DNA from: Candidatus Micrarchaeia archaeon
GTDB taxonomy: Archaea > Micrarchaeota > Micrarchaeia > Micrarchaeales > Micrarchaeaceae
Direction of reading: 5' to 3'
DNA length: 64,000 nucleotides
NCBI GenBank assembly: GCA_049964795.1
Contig: JBMFWY010000001.1
Coordinates: 1 to 64,000 of the forward strand
Shown: one piece after another, positions 37,163-45,732 of the stretch
Position numbering within the stretch: position 1 is the first letter of the stretch
Layout of the letters: each line of letters starts with the position of its first letter
Made by a program: the position numbers and the translations under genes
Notes under the pieces: generated by a model
The model's database searches: none
Told to the model about the DNA's origin: nothing
Seen by the model: the letters and a program-made list of their open reading frames with translations, nothing else

Positions 37163-38851
37163 TTACGCATTTGCCGCAACGCTCCACGCTTCTATGTCAT
37201 TCCTATGCATGCCTACGCCGTAGGTCTTTGCTTTTTCTATGTCGACCCCGTATTTTCTTGCTATTCTCTCTACAAACTTGAGCATCAGGGTTCCGCCTAC
37301 GCTTATCAAAGAACCCACCGAAACCTTTAGTGCAAGATTCTTGTCATCCATTGCCGTGTATGCGTCCCTGCTTGCCATCTTCGCCAAATGCCTGTAGGAA
37401 GCGTAATAAACTGCAAGCATTGACTGTGTGAGAGGAACATCGAAACTCTTTGATTTTATCCTTCCAAGAGGCATATTGTACAAAGGAGTTACAGTGAACT
37501 CGAAAGGCATATGGTCAACCCTAGAATTGCTTAGCCTGTTTATAAGCGCGACAGTTTCCCAATTGTCCTCTTCTGTTTCCGAAGTTTGACCTATTTGTAC
37601 GGTAAATGCCGGCCTCCAATAATTTATATTCATGTTTTTAACTCCATTCCATACTATCTCTTGCCAGCTTCCGTCAACGCCTATTTTAAGCGGTAGGGTC
37701 TTTGCAGGCATATGCTTCTTTGCGAGTGTTTCGCTTCCTGTTTCCAAGCCTACTTGTATGCCTATCCAGTTGTGCTCGGAAGCGCGCAGTATCTTCGAAA
37801 GCTTGGCGATAAGCTCGGGATATGCCGAAGGTATGGAGATTCTGCCGTGCGTGGGATTTGAACGCTTTACGCCGTCTATTGACATTATTGTAGTGAACAG
37901 TGATATTAATGCTTCCTCATTTGGCACGTAATTCTTCTGATGTTGGTAAGCAAATATCTCGTCGGAATGCAGCCACGCATTGTTGAACCCCCCGCTTCTG
38001 ATGTTTACTTTTACTTCCTCTGCAACTTTCTCTGGCGGGTAGTACCTCAGCTCCCTAAGAGTCACTTCACAAAAATCGCACCCTATCCCGCAGCCGCGCA
38101 TTGTTTCATTAAGGCTTTTGGTTGAGGGATTTACTATCGAAGGTATGGACTCAAGCTTTGGAAAAGAAGGTATTCCTTTCCCCCTACCTATAAATTTTGG
38201 ATCAGGCTTTAGCGATCTCATGAACTGATCATCGTAAGTTATAAACCCTTGGCTGAACATGTTTTGGTCTATATTGCCGCTAGAAATTTGCTCGAACAAT
38301 TCTACCGCATAATCGTCCATCTCCCCCTGGAAAAGGTAGTCTATATTGTGCTCCTCTACATAATTCCTCAATATGGTATATTCCCATATTCCCGGGCCTC
38401 CTACTACTAGTTTCGCTTTTTTGCCTTTCCTTGCGGCGTTGACTTTGGATATAAGGCTTTCCCATTCCTGCTTGACATACGCGTTGAGGTCTTTAGACTT
38501 GAAAAGAACATAATATGACATAGTGGTTGGGCCCAAGCCAAGAGGGTCCATCGTATGCATGCCAATGATTTCAGTATCGTCCTTTATGAAAGAGCTCAGA
38601 TAGTCAGGGTGGGCTACAACTACATCTTTGCTGCTATATTTCTTGAGGAGCGCTGCTTCGATCTTCCTGAGTCCGTAAGGGGCATATTTTATCCTTCCGT
38701 CAGGAAGGGCTGGGGAAATTTTGCCCTTAAGAAAGGAATAGATAAATTTGGGCAGGGAATTCCCTGGAGCGCCGGGCACAAAATCCAGGAGCGGAAAATT
38801 CCTGTAGTCATACACTAACGTATTGTCAGATATTAAAACAAATTTTGCCAT
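37163..38851 (-). CDS. B12-binding radical SAM protein, GDGT ring synthase (Grs)-like family
   Basis: APYGLRKIEAAL, MDPLGLGP, VVGGPG.W, RGCGIGCDFC (CxxxCxxC), QVGLETGS. Confidence 0.7.
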   Translation of the reverse strand: MAKFVLISDNTLVYDYRNFPLLDFVPGAPGNSLPKFIYSFLKGKISPALPDGRIKYAPYGLRKIEAALLKKYSSKDVVVAHPDYLSSFIKDDTEIIGMHTMDPLGLGPTTMSYYVLFKSKDLNAYVKQEWESLISKVNAARKGKKAKLVVGGPGIWEYTILRNYVEEHNIDYLFQGEMDDYAVELFEQISSGNIDQNMFSQGFITYDDQFMRSLKPDPKFIGRGKGIPSFPKLESIPSIVNPSTKSLNETMRGCGIGCDFCEVTLRELRYYPPEKVAEEVKVNIRSGGFNNAWLHSDEIFAYQHQKNYVPNEEALISLFTTIMSIDGVKRSNPTHGRISIPSAYPELIAKLSKILRASEHNWIGIQVGLETGSETLAKKHMPAKTLPLKIGVDGSWQEIVWNGVKNMNINYWRPAFTVQIGQTSETEEDNWETVALINRLSNSRVDHMPFEFTVTPLYNMPLGRIKSKSFDVPLTQSMLAVYYASYRHLAKMASRDAYTAMDDKNLALKVSVGSLISVGGTLMLKFVERIARKYGVDIEKAKTYGVGMHRNDIEAWSVAANA

Positions 38852-39020
38852 TGCAACACCAACTTTTATAGTTACAAGCATTTACAAAATTTTTTGGCGG
38901 TATTTTATATTGCACTATACAAAAATGCAAAACAAAAAGCTAGGCACAAAGATCAGGTTAGGATTTGAGAAACCACCTAGCTTCTGCAAATTTCTCTTTG
39001 TCAAAAGATTTTTACCGTTG

Positions 39021-39050
39021 AAAAAAGTATAAACAGCAAAGTATAAATAG
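39021..39050 (+). promoter_or_regulatory. Putative BRE/TATA promoter elements for the 16S rRNA gene
   Basis: Two AAAGTATAAA boxes (aaaaagtataaa and caaagtataaata) about 110-140 nt upstream of the processing stem. Confidence 0.45.
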
Positions 39051-40264
39051 GTTTCTTAGTAAAGTAGTATTGCTTTTTTCAGCTTTTAACTTGATTGCTG
39101 CAGCACGCGCTGCGGTGTTGTGAAAAAGGCTATTGTGAAAATTCCTGCTTGGAATTGGATGCAGTCCCGAGTTGTGCAAAAGAGAGATAGCTGATTGCTT
39201 TTAACTTGAAGCCGATTCCAGTCGATGCTGCTGGAGGGTACTGCTATCAGGTTCCGACAGCCATGCAAGTTTGCTCTACGGCTTCGTAGGGCGGCGTACG
39301 GCTCAGTAACACGTGGCTAATCTACCGTAAAGAGAGGGATACCCTTGGGAAACTGAGGTTAATACCTCATATGCTAGAGCATCTGGAAGGAGCTCTAACA
39401 AAAAAGGTTGCAAATTGCAGCATTACCGCTTTACGATGAGGCCGCGGCGGATCAGGCAGATGGCGGGGTAACGGCCCACCATACCAATAACCCGTAGGGG
39501 ATGTGAGAGCATGAGCCCCGAGAAGGGCACTGAGACAAGGGCCCTAGCGCTACGGCGTGCAGCAGGCGCGCAAACTCCACAATGCGCGTAAGCGTGATGG
39601 GGGGAACCTGAGTGGCTGACTAACGTCAGCCTTTTGCCAAGTATAGCAAGCTTGGAGAATAAGTGCTGGGCAAGACCGGTGGCAGCCGCCACGGTAATAC
39701 CGGCAGCACAAGTGGTATCCACGATTATTGGGCTTAAAGCGCCCGTAGCTGGCTGATGCCGTCTCATGTGAAATATTGGCGTTCAACGTCAATGCGAGCA
39801 CGAGATACCCATCGGCTAGGGAGTGGGTTGGGTCAGGAGTACTTATGGGGGAGGGGCTAAATCCTATAATCCTATAAGGACTAACGGTGGCGAAGGCGCC
39901 TGACCAGAACACATCCGACAGTGAGGGACGAAGGCTAGGAGAACGAATCGGATCAGATACCCGAGTAGCCCTAGCAGTAAATCATGCAGACTCTGGTGTT
40001 GCATGCATCTCGAATGCATGCAGTACCGTAGCGTAAGCGTTAAGTCTGCCGCCTGGGGAGTACGGCCGCAAGGTTGAAACTTAAAACAATTGGCGGGGGA
40101 GCACACAAGGGGTGGATGCTGCGGTTTAATTGAACCCAACGTCGGAAATATTACCAGAAGCGACGGCAGTGTGAAGGTCAGACTAAAGATCTTACCTGAC
40201 AAGCCGAGAGGTAGTGCATGGCGATCGTCAGCTCGTGGTGTGAACTGTTCGGTTAAGTCCGGTA

Positions 40265-40787
40265 AGCTGTTGAGTGAGGCTATGACTAGAAAGCTAAAAC
40301 TGGATCCAGATACCTGCTACATGCTTGGCATGTACAGCTGTAGCATGCGCTCTCCGATTTCCATAAGCACAGCCAAGAGGGAGCTGGTTGAAAAGTTTAC
40401 CAAGATAGCGCTTGAATTAGGCGTAGAGCCTGAAAAGGTGCGCATCGAAAGCATGCAAAATGGCATGCAAAAGGTATTTTTTTACCACTCCAAGCTCGAA
40501 AAGCTGTTCAAGAATGCGCTCGAGCGCAGAAGCGTTATATTCTCGCGCAAGAATGCATGCGCGCTAAGCTATGTAGCTGGCGTATTTGACAGCAACGGCG
40601 GAAAAGACCGCTTTGGGCTCTTCATAAAAAAGCTTGATCCTGCAAACGCGGTGATCATGGAGAACCTTGGCTTGCATGTGTGGGAATCAGGAGGCAGGCA
40701 TTACATATTGAATGCAAAAGTTTTCGTTACGCTTATTGCTGGATACAGCGTAATGCTTTCGTACGAGCAACATTCTTCAGCCCGGTA
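40265..40787 (+). mobile_element. 523-nt archaeal BHB-type rRNA intron, inserted between E. coli-equivalent A1101 and A1102
   Basis: Removing 40265-40787 restores GTTAAGTCCGGTAACGAGCGAGACC; boundaries form a CCGG/CCGG helix with two TAA bulges and a GCTG-TT-GAGTG/CATTC-TT-CAGC terminal stem. Confidence 0.92.
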
Positions 40788-40788
40788 A
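40282..40788 (+). CDS. Intron-encoded LAGLIDADG homing-endonuclease-like protein (168 aa, degenerate motifs)
   Basis: ATG 17 nt inside the intron; motif 1 YMLGMYSCS, motif 2 YVAGVFDSNG. Confidence 0.8.
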   Translation: MTRKLKLDPDTCYMLGMYSCSMRSPISISTAKRELVEKFTKIALELGVEPEKVRIESMQNGMQKVFFYHSKLEKLFKNALERRSVIFSRKNACALSYVAGVFDSNGGKDRFGLFIKKLDPANAVIMENLGLHVWESGGRHYILNAKVFVTLIAGYSVMLSYEQHSSAR

Positions 40789-41328
40789 CGAGCGAGACCT
40801 TCGCTAACAGTTGCCACCAGCTTAGAGATAAGTTGAGCACTCTGTTAGGACCGCCTCCGTTTAAGGAGGAGGAAGGAGAGGGCTACGATTCGTCAGTATG
40901 CTCTGAATCTTCTGGGCTACACGCGGCATACATAGGTTGGTACAATTGGATGCAATGCCGAGAGGCAAAGCCAATCCCCTAAAACCAACCGAGGTTCGGA
41001 TTGAGGGCTGAAACTCGCCCTCATGAAGCTGGAATCCCTAGTAATCGCTTGTCACTATCGAGCGGTGAATATGTCCCCGCTCCTTGCACACACCGCCTGC
41101 CAGATCACCCAAATGAGGCTCTAACGAGGCAATAGCTTTGCTGTTTTCGAGTTAGAGTTTCGTAAGGAGGGTCAAGGCATAACAAGGCATCCGTAGGGGA
41201 ACCTGCGGATAGATCACCTTTACAAAAAAATGTGTGCGTGGCTATTCTCTGCATTAATTCTCGGGACTGCTCCTCTTCTTCTTTCTTTTTTAATATAAGC
41301 GCAAGAAAAACAGGATTAGCTGTGCATA

Positions 41329-43059
41329 TCATGCGCTTATGTATATGAACTGCTTTACTTTGCCTTCATCCTTATCGAAAGTTGCGAATCCAAACCTCTC
41401 AAGCTGGACTACTTCGCCTTTTTTGAGGCTCTCAGCAAAAGACTCGATGTATCCATTGCTTTCCTGCAAGCTGTCCTGCAGGAAATTCTCATTATCATCG
41501 ACCAGATCCTTTGGAATAAGGATCTTGCAATCGAACTTGCTTTCTTCCGGTACCCATTGTATCTTTTTTATGCTTTTTGCCTCGCCAGCGCCCATCTTTA
41601 CAACTTCGGCGTGCACTGCTTCTTTTGAGATTGACAGTACCCTCAAGTCTGCGAGCTCCTTGAGCCTTACATTAGTACCCATGTCAAGCTCATTTGCGTC
41701 CGAACCGCTTATATAAAATGTATTTCCTACTGCATAGCTCCTTGAGCCGAGATCGTTCGATGGATGAAGCTTCAACGAAACCCCTTTGGGCAGTGCTTCC
41801 ACATTTTCAACGATCACCTTTACAGGATCTGCGACATAGAAAAGCCTTTTCGCTGAAGGATCGACTAGTTTCTTATTTTCGGCATAGAGCAGCGAAAGAT
41901 CTACAACGCTGTTGGTCATGCTCATCCCAAAGCGCATCACAAATTTCTTTATTGCTTCTGGCTTTATGCCGCGCCTGCGAAGCGCAGATATAGTTATGAG
42001 GCGCGGGTCGTCATAGCCGCTTATCAAACCCTTATTTATAAGATCATTGAGCTTGCGTTTTGAGGTGAGGGAGCCTTTTACTTCTAGCCTAGCTTCATGA
42101 TGCACTCTTGGAATTCTCAAATTGAGTGCTTTGAGTATCTCTACGTATATCTCCCCCCTCAGCTCATACTCCTTGCTGCGCATCGCGTCTGTAACGCCGT
42201 GCAGGGAGTCCATTACAGGAGTATTGAAATCGTAAGTAGGCCATACAATATACTTATCCCCTTGTCTGTAGTGCATATGCTTCTTTATACGCATAATTGT
42301 AGGATCGCGCATTACCGTATTGTTTGATGACATGTCGCCTCTGAAGCGCAGTATTGCCTGACCCTCATCGTAATCGCCCTCAAGCATCTCTTGGAACATC
42401 ATCATATTTTCAGATTCGGGGTTCTTTGAATGGGGGCATGAAAGCCCTTTCATTCTGTAGCTCTTTATAGTTTCGGGAGGGCATGTGCAAACATAGGCTT
42501 TGCCCATCTTTATCAGCTGCCGCGCATATTCGTAAAGCTTCTCTATGCTGTCGCTTGCATAGTATTCCTTGTCAAACTTTATACCCAGCCAGTCAAGGTC
42601 TCTTTTAATTGCGTCAACAAATTCCTGCGATTCCTTTTCGGGGTTGGTGTCATCAAAATACAGGAAAAGCTTGCCTTCGTAGATCCTGGCAAATTCCTGC
42701 TCCATGAAAACAACTTTTGCATGACCTATGTGCATGTATCCGCTCGGTTCAGGGGCGAATCTTGTGGAGAAGTTGCCTTTCACGGCGCCTTTCAGCTCCA
42801 TCCTTGGAGCAGAGGTGTTTTTTACTTTTTCTGAATACTCTTGTTCAAATTCCTCCTTGTATTTGCTGTATTCCTCCTCCTGAGAGGCCTTGCTCATAGC
42901 ATTGACTTCTTCTACAACCTTTTGGATCTCAAGCTGAAGGCTTTTTATGTCGGCAGATTTTCCTACTTTTGAAAGCACTTTGCTGAATACGCTGCCGGGA
43001 TTGGCTTTGCCTCCGTATTCCACTGCATTTTTTATTGCATACTTTCTAGCAAGCTTCAT
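41329..43059 (-). CDS. gltX: Glutamate--tRNA ligase (archaeal type)
   Basis: RFAPEPSGYMHIGH, FDDTNP, WPTYDF, TSKRKL, QLERFGF. Confidence 0.96.
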   Translation of the reverse strand: MKLARKYAIKNAVEYGGKANPGSVFSKVLSKVGKSADIKSLQLEIQKVVEEVNAMSKASQEEEYSKYKEEFEQEYSEKVKNTSAPRMELKGAVKGNFSTRFAPEPSGYMHIGHAKVVFMEQEFARIYEGKLFLYFDDTNPEKESQEFVDAIKRDLDWLGIKFDKEYYASDSIEKLYEYARQLIKMGKAYVCTCPPETIKSYRMKGLSCPHSKNPESENMMMFQEMLEGDYDEGQAILRFRGDMSSNNTVMRDPTIMRIKKHMHYRQGDKYIVWPTYDFNTPVMDSLHGVTDAMRSKEYELRGEIYVEILKALNLRIPRVHHEARLEVKGSLTSKRKLNDLINKGLISGYDDPRLITISALRRRGIKPEAIKKFVMRFGMSMTNSVVDLSLLYAENKKLVDPSAKRLFYVADPVKVIVENVEALPKGVSLKLHPSNDLGSRSYAVGNTFYISGSDANELDMGTNVRLKELADLRVLSISKEAVHAEVVKMGAGEAKSIKKIQWVPEESKFDCKILIPKDLVDDNENFLQDSLQESNGYIESFAESLKKGEVVQLERFGFATFDKDEGKVKQFIYISA

Positions 43060-43114
43060 TATTTCATCGTCCAGACAATCACCATGGCAAAATTGCTGCG
43101 CTCAAACAGGCGGT

Positions 43115-43735
43115 TCATGCAGGCGTCACCGTAGGCTGGCCATATATCATATATGTGTATCCAAGCGAACTCGAATTTTTCGGATATACAAGTGCATTGA
43201 CTTTCACGGGAAGTGTGCCTCCCACATCTATGAGGTTTTTAACGGGTAAGTAATAGGATAGGTTGCCTGAAACTACGGAATACTGGTATGCACCATAACT
43301 CAAGTACATGTCTTTCGGCAAAGCAATTATCGCTGTCGCATTTATTGAAGGTTTAAAGCCTAACAGCGACGATATTGAATTGTACAATTCGAATATGCTT
43401 GAGGTTCCTGAATAGATAGAAAGGCTTTTGTTAAAGGCAAAATAGCTTTCTACCGAGCCGTTTGACTCCATCGCTGAAAGGCTTAGATTCAGCTGTGACA
43501 ATTTTGTGGCGTTTGCACCTGCTACGCCTATGACAAAATGATTGCTATAATTTAATACGGTAGCATTCACCACCCCTGAGACAAAAGTGGTTCTTCCGTC
43601 GAATATGGTAGTAGAAGCTGTAGACCCCTGCTGTGTAGAGTTGTTGCCAAATGCCAGATATGAGGTTAGAAACATGAAGGCCACTAGCAAGGAGCCTATA
43701 AATAATACTGCTTTTTTTCTTTTTTCTGAGTCCAT
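43115..43735 (-). CDS. Hypothetical N-terminally anchored extracellular protein
   Basis: MDSEKRKK + hydrophobic helix, S/T/N-rich body with sequons. Confidence 0.65.
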   Translation of the reverse strand: MDSEKRKKAVLFIGSLLVAFMFLTSYLAFGNNSTQQGSTASTTIFDGRTTFVSGVVNATVLNYSNHFVIGVAGANATKLSQLNLSLSAMESNGSVESYFAFNKSLSIYSGTSSIFELYNSISSLLGFKPSINATAIIALPKDMYLSYGAYQYSVVSGNLSYYLPVKNLIDVGGTLPVKVNALVYPKNSSSLGYTYMIYGQPTVTPA

Positions 43736-44041
43736 TAAGTGCACCTGCCAGATACATACGTTTTTGCATAGGAATTTATTATGGAAAGTTATTTTATTTA
43801 TACAGCTGCATCGCAAGGAAGGGGCAAGGCTTTCCCGAATTGGCTGCCGCAAACTTCTCTTCCAAAGTATTGCTTTATCCCTATACCATAACTGATTCCA
43901 ACATAACCATTTATTATTTTATTGCTGCTACAATTATAAGCTTGTTTTGGGCTTTTGCTTTCAGGCCTGGGCAAATATTATTTGCAATGTAGATAGCAAG
44001 CGGAGGCACAGATAGGCAATATAATACGCTAAAGTGGTAAT

Positions 44042-44749
44042 ATGGTTTTCAAAGACGGAGACTTTCTAGAAATAGAGTACAGCGCATGGAGGGCATTGGA
44101 CAGCAAGCTCCTTTATACTACAGTAAAGGAGAAAGCGCAGGAAGCAGGAATTTATGACGAGCATGAGAGTTATGGCAGCGCACTTGTAATACTCGGGCAA
44201 AATGCTGTAGTGAAAGGGCTTGAGAGAGAGCTCAAGAACATGTCGGTTGGCGAATCAAAAAAATTCGAGCTTAAGCCTGAGGAAGCTTTCGGCAACAGGG
44301 ATGAAAACCTTGTGAGAGTAATGCCTTTGGCAGAATTTAAGGAGCAGAATATAAACCCCGTAGCGGGAATGACAATAAACATCGATGGTGTACCATCTAC
44401 AGTAAAAAGCGTCAACTCGGGCAGAGTTGTGGTTGACCAAAACCACCCTGAAGCTGGGATGAACATAATATACGAAGTAAAAGTGCTTAAGCTGCTGGAA
44501 AACGACAAGGAGAAGATAGACATGCTGGGGAAGACATATGGCGCTAGACCTTCCAAGGTAGACATAAAAGAAGGCGAAGTTGAACTTTATTATGATGACA
44601 AAGTCAAGAAGAATGCTGACTACTTTGTTGGCAGGGCTAATCTTGTTGCGTCCATATTCAATTACATTTCTTCAGCAGGCAAAGTCTATATACGAGAAGA
44701 GTATGTAAAGCCCAAGGCGGCAGAAATCGAACACGACGAGGAGAAATAG
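44042..44749 (+). CDS. FKBP-type peptidyl-prolyl isomerase (long SlyD-like)
   Basis: GDF..IEY, PEEAFG.RD, GRV.VD.NHP.AG..I.YEV. Confidence 0.92.
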   Translation: MVFKDGDFLEIEYSAWRALDSKLLYTTVKEKAQEAGIYDEHESYGSALVILGQNAVVKGLERELKNMSVGESKKFELKPEEAFGNRDENLVRVMPLAEFKEQNINPVAGMTINIDGVPSTVKSVNSGRVVVDQNHPEAGMNIIYEVKVLKLLENDKEKIDMLGKTYGARPSKVDIKEGEVELYYDDKVKKNADYFVGRANLVASIFNYISSAGKVYIREEYVKPKAAEIEHDEEK

Positions 44750-44873
44750 AAATAATAAAGCAAGTAAAGCAAACCGCGGCCAAAGGCTATGAGTGAGGCA
44801 TGCCAAAACCTGCATTCCTCAACTTTACTTTTTCTTTTGGTTTGGCACTTGCCTTTTTTTCCAATTTTTCTTT

Positions 44874-45068
44874 TTACTTTATGTTTAACGCAAAAGTGCC
44901 GTTGAGTTTTATTCCTAGCTTCTTTGCGATGTCCGACTTTTCAACGTTTGACATAAAAACGTAGCCGCTCCACTTTGTTGTAAGGTCGGTAGAGCCGCAT
45001 ATTGGACAGCTGTTGCTCTTGCTTATTATAATTCTGCAGTTCCTGCATACTTTTTCTTCCATTTTCAA
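44874..45068 (-). CDS. spt4: Transcription elongation factor Spt4 (RpoE2)
   Basis: CRNC...CPICGS...T..WSG.V......S.IAK.LGI...G.FA. Confidence 0.93.
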   Translation of the reverse strand: MKMEEKVCRNCRIIISKSNSCPICGSTDLTTKWSGYVFMSNVEKSDIAKKLGIKLNGTFALNIK

Positions 45069-45123
45069 TGCACCTTTTAATCAATTGCACGAAAGAGTAA
45101 AGGCAAAGGCAGATATGCCAACA

Positions 45124-45729
45124 TTATTTTTGCTGCTTGGACCTGCCGCTGCCTCCGCGTGGCGTTGTTTTCTTACTTGCTTGCGCGGCTGCGGAAGCCC
45201 ATTCCGGTTTGCCCAACCCTTCAGGCCTCATCGTAAGCGCAATCTTTGAATCTTTTATGGTGTTCTTCAGGCTTACTGTGGAAATTTTGGCATATACAAA
45301 ATCGCCTTTCTTCAATGAGATCCCGCTTTTTCTCGAAACAAAGGCAGGCACTTTCCTGTCGAAACTGAGGAACTCGTTTGCTATCTGTGAAACGTGGACC
45401 AACCCATCTATAGGCCCTATTTTTACAAAGGCGCCAAATTCGGCAAGCTCTGAAACTTCGCCTGCAACTATTTCATCAGGGTATGGCATATAAGCCAAAA
45501 CATCAAATTCGACTTCATGATGCGTAGCGGGATCGTTAGGATAGAGGATGCCGTCGCTTATGTTCCTTACATTAAACACTGAGAGTATTATACCCATGTC
45601 TTTGTCTATCGTGCTTTCATACCTCTTGGACAGCTCTTTCAGCGCTACCTCCTCCAGATTTTCGCCGAAACTTTCTGGTGGTACTTTGAATATGTCACTT
45701 ATACTATAAATTTTGTACATTCTTGACAC
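45124..45729 (-). CDS. rpoE: DNA-directed RNA polymerase subunit E (Rpo7)
   Basis: VPP..FG, FGAFV.IGP.DGL.HVSQI S1 domain, ALTMR..GLGK.EW. Confidence 0.95.
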   Translation of the reverse strand: MSRMYKIYSISDIFKVPPESFGENLEEVALKELSKRYESTIDKDMGIILSVFNVRNISDGILYPNDPATHHEVEFDVLAYMPYPDEIVAGEVSELAEFGAFVKIGPIDGLVHVSQIANEFLSFDRKVPAFVSRKSGISLKKGDFVYAKISTVSLKNTIKDSKIALTMRPEGLGKPEWASAAAQASKKTTPRGGSGRSKQQK

Positions 45730-45732
45730 CTT

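Larger units (their letters stand above)
39215..41221 (+). rRNA. rrs: 16S rRNA gene (archaeal, divergent, unlinked from 23S), interrupted by an intron at 40265-40787
   Basis: Starts ATTCCAGTCGATGCTGCTGGA; conserved blocks CAGCCGCC.CGGTAATAC, AAACTTAAA..AATTGGCGGGGGAGCAC, TGCACACACCGCC; ends GGGGAACCTGCGGATAGATCACCT. Confidence 0.97.
39161..41270 (+). other. 16S pre-rRNA processing stem (arms 39161-39191 and 41241-41270) with BHB-like motif
   Basis: GCAGTCCCGAG pairs perfectly with CTCGGGACTGC; inner TGCA/TGCA helix, AAA bulge, GAGAGATAGC/GCTATTCTC helix. Confidence 0.8.

Noticed and set aside
40090-40281. N-terminal 64 aa of the 232-aa ORF in the track
   Set aside because: It lies in conserved 16S exon sequence; the plausible start is the ATG at 40282 inside the intron
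40259-40788. 7-bp direct repeat CCGGTAA flanking the insertion, resembling a transposon target-site duplication
   Set aside because: Fully explained by BHB geometry with a palindromic central helix; no transposase or IS-type ends
39086-41332. Several short ORFs overlapping the rRNA locus
   Set aside because: Chance frames in 16S rRNA and its spacers
44760-44870. Imperfect hairpin (TGAGGCATGC...GCATTCCTCA) and T-tracts between convergent genes
   Set aside because: Compatible with an ordinary terminator region; too weak to call an ncRNA
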